Below, piece after piece: positions 11,136-19,568 of a stretch of 64,000 nucleotides of DNA. Position 1 is the stretch's first letter, and each line of letters opens with the position of its first letter. The notes beneath the pieces were generated by a model that did not search any database, was not told where the DNA came from, and worked only from the letters and a program-made list of their open reading frames with translations. The stretch lies in IMG/VR virus record IMGVR_UViG_3300032282_002789; one strand, written 5' to 3'. Position numbers and translations under genes: made by a program. The stretch comes from an uncultured virus (IMG/VR IMGVR_UViG_3300032282_002789) (Duplodnaviria > Heunggongvirae > Uroviricota > Caudoviricetes).

Positions 11136-11841
11136 TGCTGGTTCTTATACAACCTCTGCATCACTTGCAACGGCTATTACTGATGAAACAGGTTCAGGTG
11201 CTCTTGTATTTGGAACTAGCCCAACATTAAAAGGTCCTGTTTATTTCCAAAGCGGTGGTGGTGCTGGAGGAAGCGCTAACACACTTGATGTTAACAACTC
11301 TACAGGAGCAGTAACTCTTACAAGCGGATACCCACTTAATCTTACTGCTACAGGTGATGTAACCATTACAGCAACTGGTGGAGCAGCAAAGGTCGGCTCT
11401 GACACGATTGCAACTCTTACAGCGTCACAAACGTTAACTAATAAGACACTTTCTTTGCCAATTATTGACAACTTAAAATTAGGGTATACCACTACAGCAA
11501 CTGCTGCAGGTACTACAACTCTTACAGCCTCTAGCAATAATCAACAATTCTTTACTGGTACCACAACTCAGACAGTGGCTCTTCCAGTAGCAAGCACAAT
11601 GACTCTTGGTCAAAGATTTGTTATTGAAAACAACAGTACAGGTAGCGTTACAGTTCAATCATCTGGCGGTAATACAGTTATTGTAATACCTACTGGAACA
11701 AGTGCTAAGGTTTCTTGTATCCTTACATCTGGAACATCCGCTGCCTCTTGGGATGCAGAATACGTTGGATTTAATACAAACCCATTAACATCAGGATCAG
11801 GTGCAACTGTTGCAGATATCCTTATGTTGGGTGGAATGTAA
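10000..11841 (+). CDS. collagen-like tail fibre with Mtd/hyaluronidase-type N-terminal domain
   Basis: LRRGTAAQWTANNPTLAAGEMGVETDTGKLKIGNG; Gly-X-Y tracts. Confidence 0.85.
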   Translation: MSVTIKLRRGTAAQWTANNPTLAAGEMGVETDTGKLKIGNGVSDWAGLAYGGLQGIQGTQGVQGVQGTQGVQGVQGLQGVQGTVGAQGIQGTQGTQGTQGTQGTQGTQGVQSIATQGTQGTQGVQGTLGTQGTQGTTGSQGIQGTQGTQGVQGTLGTQGTLGTQGTQGVMGTSGSSSSNFNYSLDSNTADAKPGSGQLRFNNATQTSSTYIYVDHINDLGVDIDALLALLKLNDNIIIQKKADSNQYITFRVTGDVTVVSNSYVKIPVVSVSDGGSGNNSFNNQDTLELITFVTGLQGPIGAQGATGAGTQGTQGTLGAQGVQGTQGTQGTQGTLGAQGAQGTTGAQGATGATGAQGTQGTLGTQGTNGTQGTQGTQGPAGSYTTSASLATAITDETGSGALVFGTSPTLKGPVYFQSGGGAGGSANTLDVNNSTGAVTLTSGYPLNLTATGDVTITATGGAAKVGSDTIATLTASQTLTNKTLSLPIIDNLKLGYTTTATAAGTTTLTASSNNQQFFTGTTTQTVALPVASTMTLGQRFVIENNSTGSVTVQSSGGNTVIVIPTGTSAKVSCILTSGTSAASWDAEYVGFNTNPLTSGSGATVADILMLGGM

Positions 11842-12573
11842 CTAAAGAAGTTCTGTAATACCGTTATGAATCTGACTGTATTGCGCTGCCTCTAATAAAA
11901 ACTTTATAGGTTTATATACTTGTGGTTTTACTGTATAGGTATTAAATTTTATTTGATTTTCTTCATGTTTCATTCGAAAATTAAATATATACCAATCTAT
12001 AGGGCAGTTAATTCCTTTAGATTCAACATCAGCAATAGTCTTTTCTGCACCCCGTCTACTAATTGCATACCCAGCACAAGACCACTGTTGATATGACTTA
12101 CAAATATACTTTTCACCTAGGTCGTGCTCAGATTCATTATAAGCAAACAAAGAATCATCGGGAACAAAAAATGAAAAGAAATCCCATACAGGCATAAGTT
12201 CATTCATGTACATCTCAGCAATAACTTTAAAGTTCTTACTAATAACTATGTCATCTTCAAAAATTATTAACACATCTTTATCAGATTCTAAAAACTTTTT
12301 ATAAGCCAAGTAAGTACTTGCCCAAACTCCTATAACCCCAGAACTTGGTGGAAAGGTCTCCCCTGGCTTACAAAAGTCAGTAACGGTATTTACTTTAAAC
12401 TCTGGTGTCTGATTAACAAATGCTTCAGCCTTATCAGCGGTATTTAAATACATGGTAGGAGAGTCAAGACGAGGCAAAAAAGACATGGATTTTAAAATGC
12501 CCTCATAAGATTTATTTCTTAATCTATTTCCAGTATCAGTATGAAAGACCTCAAAGCAGGCATTATCTAACAC
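11842..12573 (-). CDS. glycosyltransferase family 25-like
   Basis: GVIGVWAS..., IIFEDD, AGYAISRRGAEK, PIDW motifs. Confidence 0.8.
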   Translation of the reverse strand: MLDNACFEVFHTDTGNRLRNKSYEGILKSMSFLPRLDSPTMYLNTADKAEAFVNQTPEFKVNTVTDFCKPGETFPPSSGVIGVWASTYLAYKKFLESDKDVLIIFEDDIVISKNFKVIAEMYMNELMPVWDFFSFFVPDDSLFAYNESEHDLGEKYICKSYQQWSCAGYAISRRGAEKTIADVESKGINCPIDWYIFNFRMKHEENQIKFNTYTVKPQVYKPIKFLLEAAQYSQIHNGITELL

Positions 12574-13100
12574 TTCTCAATCCATACCTGATAGCCAGAT
12601 TCAATGATGTTGTACTCACCCTTACAGACATTAAGGAAGCAGTCAACGCCCCTCTTAGGCTCTAGGTACTCCTTACCGCCGTAGTTCCAGAGGTAATCAT
12701 CAAATGCCATCACCCCACCTGGTTCCAGGTGCCTGAAGCCATTTAAACCGTCTATGGCGGTCTGTAGAGCGGTGTGGTCTCCATCTATATATATGAAGTT
12801 ATATGAACTAGCGCCTCTTAAAAAGAACTCGTCGCTGGTCATCTTATGCTTTAGGATTTTTCCATCCTTTGGGAATCTTGAATCGTAGTAAGCCTCTACT
12901 GAAGAAAAATCTAGAGATTCATGGGCGACTTCTTCACTGCCCTCCCAGGTATCTACATCATCTAGATATTCAATCTCCCGATTATTTAGTAGCCACTCGG
13001 TGGCATCGCCTGTGTAAGTACCGATCTGCAGTGCACGAAGTGGAACACTTGGTACATGTCTGAAGTACTTTTCTACATCTTTAAACCAGTTAGGAAACAT
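12567..13100 (-). CDS. class I SAM-dependent methyltransferase (Methyltransf_24-like)
   Basis: LQIGTYTG, VDTW, FIYIDGDH, GGVMAFDDY motifs. Confidence 0.85.
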   Translation of the reverse strand: MFPNWFKDVEKYFRHVPSVPLRALQIGTYTGDATEWLLNNREIEYLDDVDTWEGSEEVAHESLDFSSVEAYYDSRFPKDGKILKHKMTSDEFFLRGASSYNFIYIDGDHTALQTAIDGLNGFRHLEPGGVMAFDDYLWNYGGKEYLEPKRGVDCFLNVCKGEYNIIESGYQVWIEKC

Positions 13101-13663
13101 CAGATAAACAACTTCAAGTTATTAAGGCACCCATTTACGTATTCTTCAGTCATAGCATGATTATCTAAAAGATACTGGAACACGGTCTTGCTTTCATCTT
13201 TGCGCCCAATCCACCATCCAGCAACAGCCTTTTCAAACAATAAACAGTATGTGCCGTTGTATTCAACGTATCCTGGAAGTGGCTGGTTGTAAGCATTTGT
13301 TGCAAATAACAATCCTAATTCTGCATAAGTAAAGCACTCTTGATAATCTTTATTACGTTCTTTAATTCTAGATAGTAGAAAATATGCTTCTGGTCTATTT
13401 GGTAAATAAGCAATAGCCTGCATGATGTTGTTGTACACGGTGCGGTTTCTATCTCCTTGAGCACCCCAACATAGAGCCATCTTTAACAAAGATGTGTAGG
13501 TAATTAATGGATGAGTTTTGTACCCGTGTTCAGCGGCTCGTAAGTAAAACCCTGCAGCAGATGCATATTGTAATTGCTCTTCATAAGCAGATGCTAAATC
13601 AAAATTAATCTGAGGATCATTAGGGTTTTCAGCCAGTTTTAAAGCCAATTCTTTAACGTCCAT
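13100..13663 (-). CDS. TPR-repeat protein
   Basis: helical repeats, AIAYLPNRPEAYFLL. Confidence 0.7.
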   Translation of the reverse strand: MDVKELALKLAENPNDPQINFDLASAYEEQLQYASAAGFYLRAAEHGYKTHPLITYTSLLKMALCWGAQGDRNRTVYNNIMQAIAYLPNRPEAYFLLSRIKERNKDYQECFTYAELGLLFATNAYNQPLPGYVEYNGTYCLLFEKAVAGWWIGRKDESKTVFQYLLDNHAMTEEYVNGCLNNLKLFI

Positions 13664-14654
13664 AAGACATAGCCTCCGTAATCATTCCATTTACAACCTT
13701 CTTAGGAACCTCAAGAACAAAAGCACAATTATCTTGAACGCCAAAGGTTAATACTAAATTTTTCTTTATAACTGCAGCACCTACGCAAAACTCAATAGGA
13801 GTATCTAAGAATGCAAATGGATTTGTAACTCCAATAAAGTTAAACTCTTTATCCCAGACAATCATGCGGTGTCTGTACACAGAGTCTTTTTGATTTAAAT
13901 AATTTTTCCAAAGTGCAACTTCATGAGTAAACGCAATGTAATAATTGCCCCAAGCAATTACATTTGTACCACCACGTTGATCAGGAGAAATCGGCGGAGT
14001 TTCTTTTACCAGTACCTGTTCACACTCAGACTTATCAGGATTAGCCTTAACAACCTCAGTAGGCATAGCCCATTTAACAAAGTGATACGGCATATCAAGG
14101 ATAGGCATCCAATTCTTTTCACAGTAAGAGTTAACATCAACGGGAGGCGGAATACGAACTCGTTGAACTTCCTTGGCTGTCCAGTTTGTTTTATTTAATT
14201 CTATTTTAGAGTATTCCATGCGACCTTGCCCATTGGGCGTGGTATCACGTCGTACCCCAATTAGATAGTAATTCCCATCCCATTGAGTAATGCGGACATC
14301 CTCTTCACCAACAAACTCCCATATAGGTGGGACATTGAATTTAGAGTAATCAACCTCAGTAAAATTAATTAAATTGTAATCTTTATCTAGGCGTCCTAAA
14401 TAGTTTGTTGTAACTAGCCGTTGATCTCGTTCGGGATGGAGGTATGAGAGTGGCCCCCAAGGGCTAAAAAATCTTTGGTCTCTTTCAGAATGATATAGGG
14501 TGTAATTTACGTGTCGAATATTTACAAGAATATCCCCATCATTATCAACAAAAATAGATGGGTTCATTAAGCCCATACCAGCAGTAACTGCGTGAGGTAA
14601 AATTAGGGGCGTTAATTTGCCCCCTTGAGAGACGGACTTTTGCACCAAATTCAT
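13653..14654 (-). CDS. five-bladed beta-propeller glycoside hydrolase/phosphorylase-like (GH130/GH43-like)
   Basis: NPSI, GEEDVRI, EKNWMP, RGGT, IEFCVG, FGVQD motifs. Confidence 0.7.
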   Translation of the reverse strand: MNLVQKSVSQGGKLTPLILPHAVTAGMGLMNPSIFVDNDGDILVNIRHVNYTLYHSERDQRFFSPWGPLSYLHPERDQRLVTTNYLGRLDKDYNLINFTEVDYSKFNVPPIWEFVGEEDVRITQWDGNYYLIGVRRDTTPNGQGRMEYSKIELNKTNWTAKEVQRVRIPPPVDVNSYCEKNWMPILDMPYHFVKWAMPTEVVKANPDKSECEQVLVKETPPISPDQRGGTNVIAWGNYYIAFTHEVALWKNYLNQKDSVYRHRMIVWDKEFNFIGVTNPFAFLDTPIEFCVGAAVIKKNLVLTFGVQDNCAFVLEVPKKVVNGMITEAMSYGR

Positions 14655-14660
14655 AGGGAC

Positions 14661-14666
14661 ACTTTA
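14661..14666 (-). promoter_or_regulatory. -10 element of a probable leaderless promoter for the inverted cassette
   Basis: TAAAGT 6 nt upstream of ATG 14654, no SD. Confidence 0.45.
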
Positions 14667-14764
14667 GCCCACATAACCGCTCTGTACCAATTAACCTTTA
14701 CCTGTTTACCATTACAAGTAAGAGTTACTTAGGTACCTTATAAGTATCTTAGTTAAGGAGTCTC

Positions 14765-15094
14765 ATGCCAACAGTATACAAGGTCTTAGGGCAGTCAAAC
14801 CCAGCAGCAACAACAGCAACAACTCTATATACAGTACCCGCATCCACCTCAACGGTAGTATCTACTATTACAGTAGCAAATCTTGCTGGTTCTGCTGCAA
14901 CATTTCGTATTTCTGTTAGACCTGCTGGTGCAACACAGACTAACGCAATGTATATTGCTTATGATGTAACTGTAGGCGCAACTGATACAACAACATTAAC
15001 TCTTGGACTTACATTAGCAACAACTGATATTATTACAGTATATGCTTCAACAGCCAACTTATCATTCAATGCATACGGAAGTGAAATTTCTTAA
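14765..15094 (+). CDS. Thr/Ala-rich virion (fibre-associated) protein
   Basis: AAGGAG SD; beta-rich; YKVLGQSNP...TTLYTVP. Confidence 0.7.
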   Translation: MPTVYKVLGQSNPAATTATTLYTVPASTSTVVSTITVANLAGSAATFRISVRPAGATQTNAMYIAYDVTVGATDTTTLTLGLTLATTDIITVYASTANLSFNAYGSEIS

Positions 15095-15123
15095 AAAAAA
15101 GTTGTCTTAAGGAGATACTATAA

Positions 15124-16275
15124 ATGGCTGTTAAAAGAATTTCTGATGGAAGTAGTTTAACCAACTCATTTAAGATGGGCAGAGGTGCAACCTCTGCTGC
15201 ACTTCCAAGTGCTCCTACTATTGGTACGGCTACAACTATAAATTCAGTATCTGTATCTGTTGCATTTACTGCTTCTGCGTTAGGTGGATCAGCAACATCA
15301 TTTACTGCAACATCTAACCCTGGTAGTTTTACTGGTACTAGTTCATCTTCACCAATTACAGTTTCAGGATTAACTGCAAGTACAAGTTATACATTTACAG
15401 TAACAGCAACTAATGCAAATGGCACATCGCCTGCAAGTGCTGCAAGTGCTCCTGCAACTACCTCCGTTCTACCATTATCAGTTAGTTATTTAGTAATTGC
15501 AGGCGGTGGCGGTGCTGGTGCTAACAGTTTTGGTGGCGGTGGCGGTGCTGGTGGTTACAGGACCTCTTTTGGTTCTGGAAATATTTCTGGTGCGAACTCA
15601 GCGGTTGAGTCTGTTTTGTCTCCTTCAGTATCCACTAACTACACAGTGACGGTAGGTGCTGGTGGTAGTGCTGTAGGTAATAACCCAACAAATGGTTCTA
15701 ATTCTGTATTTTCTACAATTACTTCACTTGGTGGCGGTTATGGTAGTTATGGAAGATCAGATCACGTCGGAAGTCCTAATGCTAATGGCGGTGGATCTGG
15801 CGGCGGTAGTGGCGGTAATAGCGTTAACGGTCGAGGTGAGCAAGGTCCTGGTACTGCTAATCAAGGTTTAGCAGGTGGCCAGGGTGGGAATAGTACGGGC
15901 GGTGGTGGTGGCGGTGCAGGACAAATAGGAAATACTCGGAGTGCTGGAGCAAGTGGTATTGGTATCTCATCATCAATAACTGGTTCATCTGTTGGCCGAG
16001 GTGGCGGTGGCAAAGGATATAACAGTGCTAACAGTGCACAAGATGGTGGCGGAGAAGATGGCGGTACTGGTACTGCTAATACAGGTGGTGGTGGTGGCGG
16101 TAACGCTGCTGGAAATGGTAATGCTGGTGCTGGAGGCTCAGGTGTAGTAATCCTTAGATATTCAAATAATTATACAATTACAGTTGGTTCTGGATTAACT
16201 GGTTCAACTTCAACAAGTGGTAGCGAAAAAATTACAACAATTACCGCTGGCACTGGAAATGTGAGTTGGGCATAA
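15124..16275 (+). CDS. FN3 plus glycine-rich domain fibre protein
   Basis: ITVSGLT..TSYTFTVTATN (FN3); GGGGAGG repeats; GGSGVVILRY. Confidence 0.8.
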   Translation: MAVKRISDGSSLTNSFKMGRGATSAALPSAPTIGTATTINSVSVSVAFTASALGGSATSFTATSNPGSFTGTSSSSPITVSGLTASTSYTFTVTATNANGTSPASAASAPATTSVLPLSVSYLVIAGGGGAGANSFGGGGGAGGYRTSFGSGNISGANSAVESVLSPSVSTNYTVTVGAGGSAVGNNPTNGSNSVFSTITSLGGGYGSYGRSDHVGSPNANGGGSGGGSGGNSVNGRGEQGPGTANQGLAGGQGGNSTGGGGGGAGQIGNTRSAGASGIGISSSITGSSVGRGGGGKGYNSANSAQDGGGEDGGTGTANTGGGGGGNAAGNGNAGAGGSGVVILRYSNNYTITVGSGLTGSTSTSGSEKITTITAGTGNVSWA

Positions 16276-16619
16276 TGGCACACTATGCATTTTTAGATAA
16301 GAACAATATCGTTACCGAAGTAATTGTTGGTATTGATGAAACTGAATTGATAGAAGGATTAAATCCTGAAACTTGGTATGAAAATTTTAAAGGTCAAACT
16401 TGTAAAAGAACCTCTTATAATCATAATATTCGTAAGAATTATGCAGGTATTGGCTATACCTATGATTCTGTAAGAGATGCTTTTATACCACCTAAAGCCC
16501 TTAACTCTTGGGTATTTAATGAAGATACCTGTAGATGGGAACCACCAGTTCCAATGCCAACAGACGGCAATAATTATGCTTGGGATGAACAAACCGTCTC
16601 TTGGGTTGAAATAGGCTAA
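16275..16619 (+). CDS. hypothetical protein (fibre-associated, possible chaperone)
   Basis: TAATG-coupled start; RKNYAGIGYTYD...DAFIPPK...W motif. Confidence 0.7.
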   Translation: MAHYAFLDKNNIVTEVIVGIDETELIEGLNPETWYENFKGQTCKRTSYNHNIRKNYAGIGYTYDSVRDAFIPPKALNSWVFNEDTCRWEPPVPMPTDGNNYAWDEQTVSWVEIG

Positions 16620-16666
16620 TAAATTTTGTCCTTTATTTTTAATATTAATAAAGGATAATCCACATC

Positions 16667-17200
16667 ATGCGTGGTTCTAAAGTCCAAGGACGATTTAAAA
16701 TCGACTATGAAAACCTTTCTATTAATGAAGGCATAGTTGATGATCTTCGTGATCCTGTAGGCACAAAGGTTGACTGGTGGGTGTGGGATCAGGCTTATCT
16801 CGATGCAAACCCTACCGAAGTCTTTGATGACATTTACGATACATCTAGTCAATTAACTGGCAAGGGCCGTCGCTGGAAAACACCTTTTGATATGCCAGTA
16901 ATTATGGCGCAACAACTTCGTGGCACTAACATAATGAATGAACGAGGCTTCTACGTAGTAGATACTTTGCGCCTTGTAATTTCTGTTGCAGATATAAATC
17001 GTCTACTTCCAGCAATGGTAGGAGATCCAAGTACACACATCAAAGATCGTGTTGTATTCCAGAATGAAGTATTTGTACCAACTCGTGTACTTCCTCGTGG
17101 ACGCTATAAAGATAATTATGCAGTTGTTACAATTGATTGCAATCTAGTAAATGCAGAAGAACTTGTCAACGATCCTCAGTTCCAGGTTTACGCCAACTAG
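16667..17200 (+). CDS. putative head closure/neck protein
   Basis: 177 aa; position between head and tail modules. Confidence 0.5.
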   Translation: MRGSKVQGRFKIDYENLSINEGIVDDLRDPVGTKVDWWVWDQAYLDANPTEVFDDIYDTSSQLTGKGRRWKTPFDMPVIMAQQLRGTNIMNERGFYVVDTLRLVISVADINRLLPAMVGDPSTHIKDRVVFQNEVFVPTRVLPRGRYKDNYAVVTIDCNLVNAEELVNDPQFQVYAN

Positions 17201-17208
17201 GAATACCT

Positions 17209-17340
17209 ATGGGAAATTTTGAAGAAGAATTAGACCCTTCGCTATTTGAGTTTGATGATGTAGAATTAGATGACTTCGATGAGGACTTGCTCGACGAAGA
17301 TTTAGAAGAAGAGGAAGATGATGGCAACGAAGAAATCTAA
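17209..17340 (+). CDS. 43-aa highly acidic peptide
   Basis: MGNFEEELDPSLFEFDDVELDDFDEDLLDEDLEEEEDDGNEEI; AGGA upstream of ATG. Confidence 0.55.
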   Translation: MGNFEEELDPSLFEFDDVELDDFDEDLLDEDLEEEEDDGNEEI

Positions 17341-17488
17341 GGGCAAAGTAGAGAAAGTAATGAAGGAATACAAAAAAGGTAAACTTCATAGCGGATCTAA
17401 AAAAGGCCCAGTAGTTAAATCTAAAAAACAAGCAGTTGCCATTGCAATGAGTGAATCAGGAATGTCTAAGAAGTCTAAGAAAAAATAA
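17321..17488 (+). CDS. small basic protein (DUF6496-like)
   Basis: manual translation: KVEKVMKEYKKGKLHSGSKKGPVVKSKKQAVAIAMSE; not in ORF track. Confidence 0.8.
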   Translation: MATKKSKGKVEKVMKEYKKGKLHSGSKKGPVVKSKKQAVAIAMSESGMSKKSKKK

Positions 17489-17670
17489 TGAAACAACGTC
17501 ATTCAAAAATTGGTGCACGGGCTGGTAAATCGCCTCAAAAAAATATTAGGACTAGCCTTACTGAAAGCAAGTATGAGTCTGGTGGAGCAGGAATGAAAAG
17601 TAAAAAAGGTGGAGTAATCCGTAAACCTAAAGCCAAGATTCGTTATAAGCACAAGAAATCGGTGGTCTAA
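17488..17670 (+). CDS. small basic protein
   Basis: TAATG coupling, K/R-rich. Confidence 0.7.
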   Translation: MKQRHSKIGARAGKSPQKNIRTSLTESKYESGGAGMKSKKGGVIRKPKAKIRYKHKKSVV

Positions 17671-17918
17671 TGGCAGACAAAAAATTAGAAAAACCAGTAA
17701 CTATTGGTATTAAAACTCCTGGAAAAAAGGCAAAAGTTACTCATAAAGTTTCCAAAAATAAAAAAGGCGACGTAGTTGTAGAACACACCGATACCAATCA
17801 GGGTAAGTGGGACAAGATTAACCTTACAAAAAAGGGTGGATCCACTACCGTAAAGCAGGGTGTCAAGGCTGTAAAGAGTTGGCACAAAAGCAATCCACAT
17901 AGAAGTCAGGGACGATAA
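17670..17918 (+). CDS. small basic protein
   Basis: TAATG coupling, K-rich. Confidence 0.7.
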   Translation: MADKKLEKPVTIGIKTPGKKAKVTHKVSKNKKGDVVVEHTDTNQGKWDKINLTKKGGSTTVKQGVKAVKSWHKSNPHRSQGR

Positions 17919-18178
17919 TGGCAAAGACCGCAGCGTGGCAACGCAAAGAAGGTAAAAATCCAGAGGGTGGATTAAATGCAAAAGGTCGTGCATCATATAA
18001 GCGTGAAACTGGCGGAACATTAAAACCTCCAGTATCTTCAAAAGAAGCAAAGAAGTCTCCTAAAAAAGCAGCACGTCGTAAATCATTTTGTGCAAGAATG
18101 GGCGGTATGCCAGGGCCAATGGAAAAAAATGGCAAGCCAACTCGTAAGGCATTAGCGTTAAGGAAGTGGGATTGTTAA
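17918..18178 (+). CDS. small basic protein (DUF6321-like)
   Basis: GGLNAKGRASY...RRKSFCARM...ALRKWDC. Confidence 0.8.
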   Translation: MAKTAAWQRKEGKNPEGGLNAKGRASYKRETGGTLKPPVSSKEAKKSPKKAARRKSFCARMGGMPGPMEKNGKPTRKALALRKWDC

Positions 18179-18354
18179 TGGCAAAAGCATTTTGGAATAC
18201 AAAAGATCCTTCAGGCAAAGATAAAAAACTAACACCATCTCAGAAGTCTGCTGCAAAGGCAAGAGCCAAAGCAGCGGGACGTCCTTACCCAAATCTCGTT
18301 GATAATGCAGCGGTGGCTAAAGGGGCGAAAAAAACCAAAAAGAAAGGTAAGTAA
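18178..18354 (+). CDS. small basic protein
   Basis: TAATG coupling; ARAKAAGRPYPNLVDN motif. Confidence 0.75.
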   Translation: MAKAFWNTKDPSGKDKKLTPSQKSAAKARAKAAGRPYPNLVDNAAVAKGAKKTKKKGK

Positions 18355-18355
18355 T

Positions 18356-18454
18356 ATGTGTGCTAAATGTGGATGTGGATGTAAAACTGGCAAGGCAGCA
18401 AAAGGTTGTAAGTGCACCTGTGCATCTTGCAAGTCTGCTAGAAAAAAGAAGTAG
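18356..18454 (+). CDS. 32-aa Cys/Lys-rich metallothionein-like peptide
   Basis: manual translation MCAKCGCGCKTGKAAKGCKCTCASCKSARKKK. Confidence 0.7.
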   Translation: MCAKCGCGCKTGKAAKGCKCTCASCKSARKKK

Positions 18455-18456
18455 TC

Positions 18457-18573
18457 ATGTGTGCTACATGTGGCTGTGGTAAGCCAAAAGATAAGCACGG
18501 CATGAAGACTCTTGCTGCGGCTAATAAGAAGTTTGCTAAGAAGAAAGCCCCTAAGAAAAAGGACAAAAAGTGA
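18457..18573 (+). CDS. 38-aa basic peptide with CxxCGC N-terminus
   Basis: manual translation MCATCGCGKPKDKHGMKTLAAANKKFAKKKAPKKKDKK. Confidence 0.7.
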   Translation: MCATCGCGKPKDKHGMKTLAAANKKFAKKKAPKKKDKK

Positions 18574-18686
18574 AGAAGTCACTAACCCCTAAGCAGAAGA
18601 AGATCGCTGGTGCTGCAAAGCCTGTCGATAAGATTACTGGCGCAGATTTTAAGGCGCTTAAAAAGAAAAAGAAAAAGGTAATCTAG
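18570..18686 (+). CDS. 38-aa basic peptide
   Basis: GTGA overlap; MKKSLTPKQKKIAGAAKPVDKITGADFKALKKKKKKVI. Confidence 0.7.
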   Translation: MKKSLTPKQKKIAGAAKPVDKITGADFKALKKKKKKVI

Positions 18687-18940
18687 TGTCAAAGTACACA
18701 AAGGCTTCTGACAAGAAGCAGGATGCCAAGACCACAAAGGGATTGGACAAAGAAGAAAAAGCAAAGTTTGAAAAGATGGACAAGAAACATCGCAAGCCTA
18801 AGTCCCAAGAGGATGACCGCAAGATGGATGTTGCTAACGTAAAAAAGATTAAATCCGCATCTAAAAAGCACGAAGCCAAAGAAGGTAAAAAAGGCGAGAA
18901 GGCTGAAGATAAGCGAGAAGCAAAATCTAAAAAGAAGTAA
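18686..18940 (+). CDS. Lys-rich highly charged protein
   Basis: TAGTG overlap; K/D/E-rich. Confidence 0.7.
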   Translation: MSKYTKASDKKQDAKTTKGLDKEEKAKFEKMDKKHRKPKSQEDDRKMDVANVKKIKSASKKHEAKEGKKGEKAEDKREAKSKKK

Positions 18941-18946
18941 AGAGTT

Positions 18947-18973
18947 AGGCCCCGAAAGGGGCCTTTCTTCTTT
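18947..18973 (+). terminator. rho-independent terminator
   Basis: AGGCCCC-GAAA-GGGGCCT followed by T-rich tail. Confidence 0.9.
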
Positions 18974-19044
18974 ATCATTGCTATATCAGAACACCGCTGC
19001 GGTGCCTGACTACAGTTCCCACTGGTTGCGATAAAGGGGTCTAT

Positions 19045-19251
19045 ATGGCATGGAAGCCTTGGTACATGGAAGTTGCTGAGATGAACAATCAGCATGAACG
19101 TGAAGAGTTTATAAAGGGTGTGTTTGGATTCCGCCCTAAAGAAAAACGTCCCGCTATCGCATCGCTTATTGCAGGTACATCTGTAGCCTATCTTGCTGGG
19201 GCTGCCTATGTTGGATCAAAAGCGAAAGCGAAAGCGAAGAAAAAGAAGTGA
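19045..19251 (+). CDS. small putative membrane protein
   Basis: one hydrophobic segment followed by a basic tail. Confidence 0.55.
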   Translation: MAWKPWYMEVAEMNNQHEREEFIKGVFGFRPKEKRPAIASLIAGTSVAYLAGAAYVGSKAKAKAKKKK

Positions 19252-19568
19252 CTTACCTTTCTAAAATAAGAACTTCTTTACACAAATCTAGTCTTGAGAC
19301 TACACGCATGATGTCTGCACATCTTCGGGCTGAAACCCGTGCCTCTGGATGGCCTGAGCATATCGTTCGTGGAATGCATGTCTCCTATGATGATGGTGCC
19401 TTTTCAGTTCGCTCTCACCCAGACCACCGTAATGAAGTTTTAAATTTAGAGTATGGGACTCCAGGTACTCAACCAAGTGCTGCAATTCGTAGGTATGAAA
19501 ATCGCACAGCCGAGGCAGAGAAGTTTTTACTAGGTAGAACAGCGCAACATTTTAAGGCTTCCTTATGA
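19248..19568 (+). CDS. putative neck/tail completion protein (HK97 gp10-like)
   Basis: LEYGT...P motif; position. Confidence 0.55.
   Translation: MTYLSKIRTSLHKSSLETTRMMSAHLRAETRASGWPEHIVRGMHVSYDDGAFSVRSHPDHRNEVLNLEYGTPGTQPSAAIRRYENRTAEAEKFLLGRTAQHFKASL

Noticed and set aside
10000..11841. Diversity-generating retroelement suggested by the Mtd-like N-terminus
   Set aside because: No reverse transcriptase and no TR/VR pair differing at adenines was seen in the window
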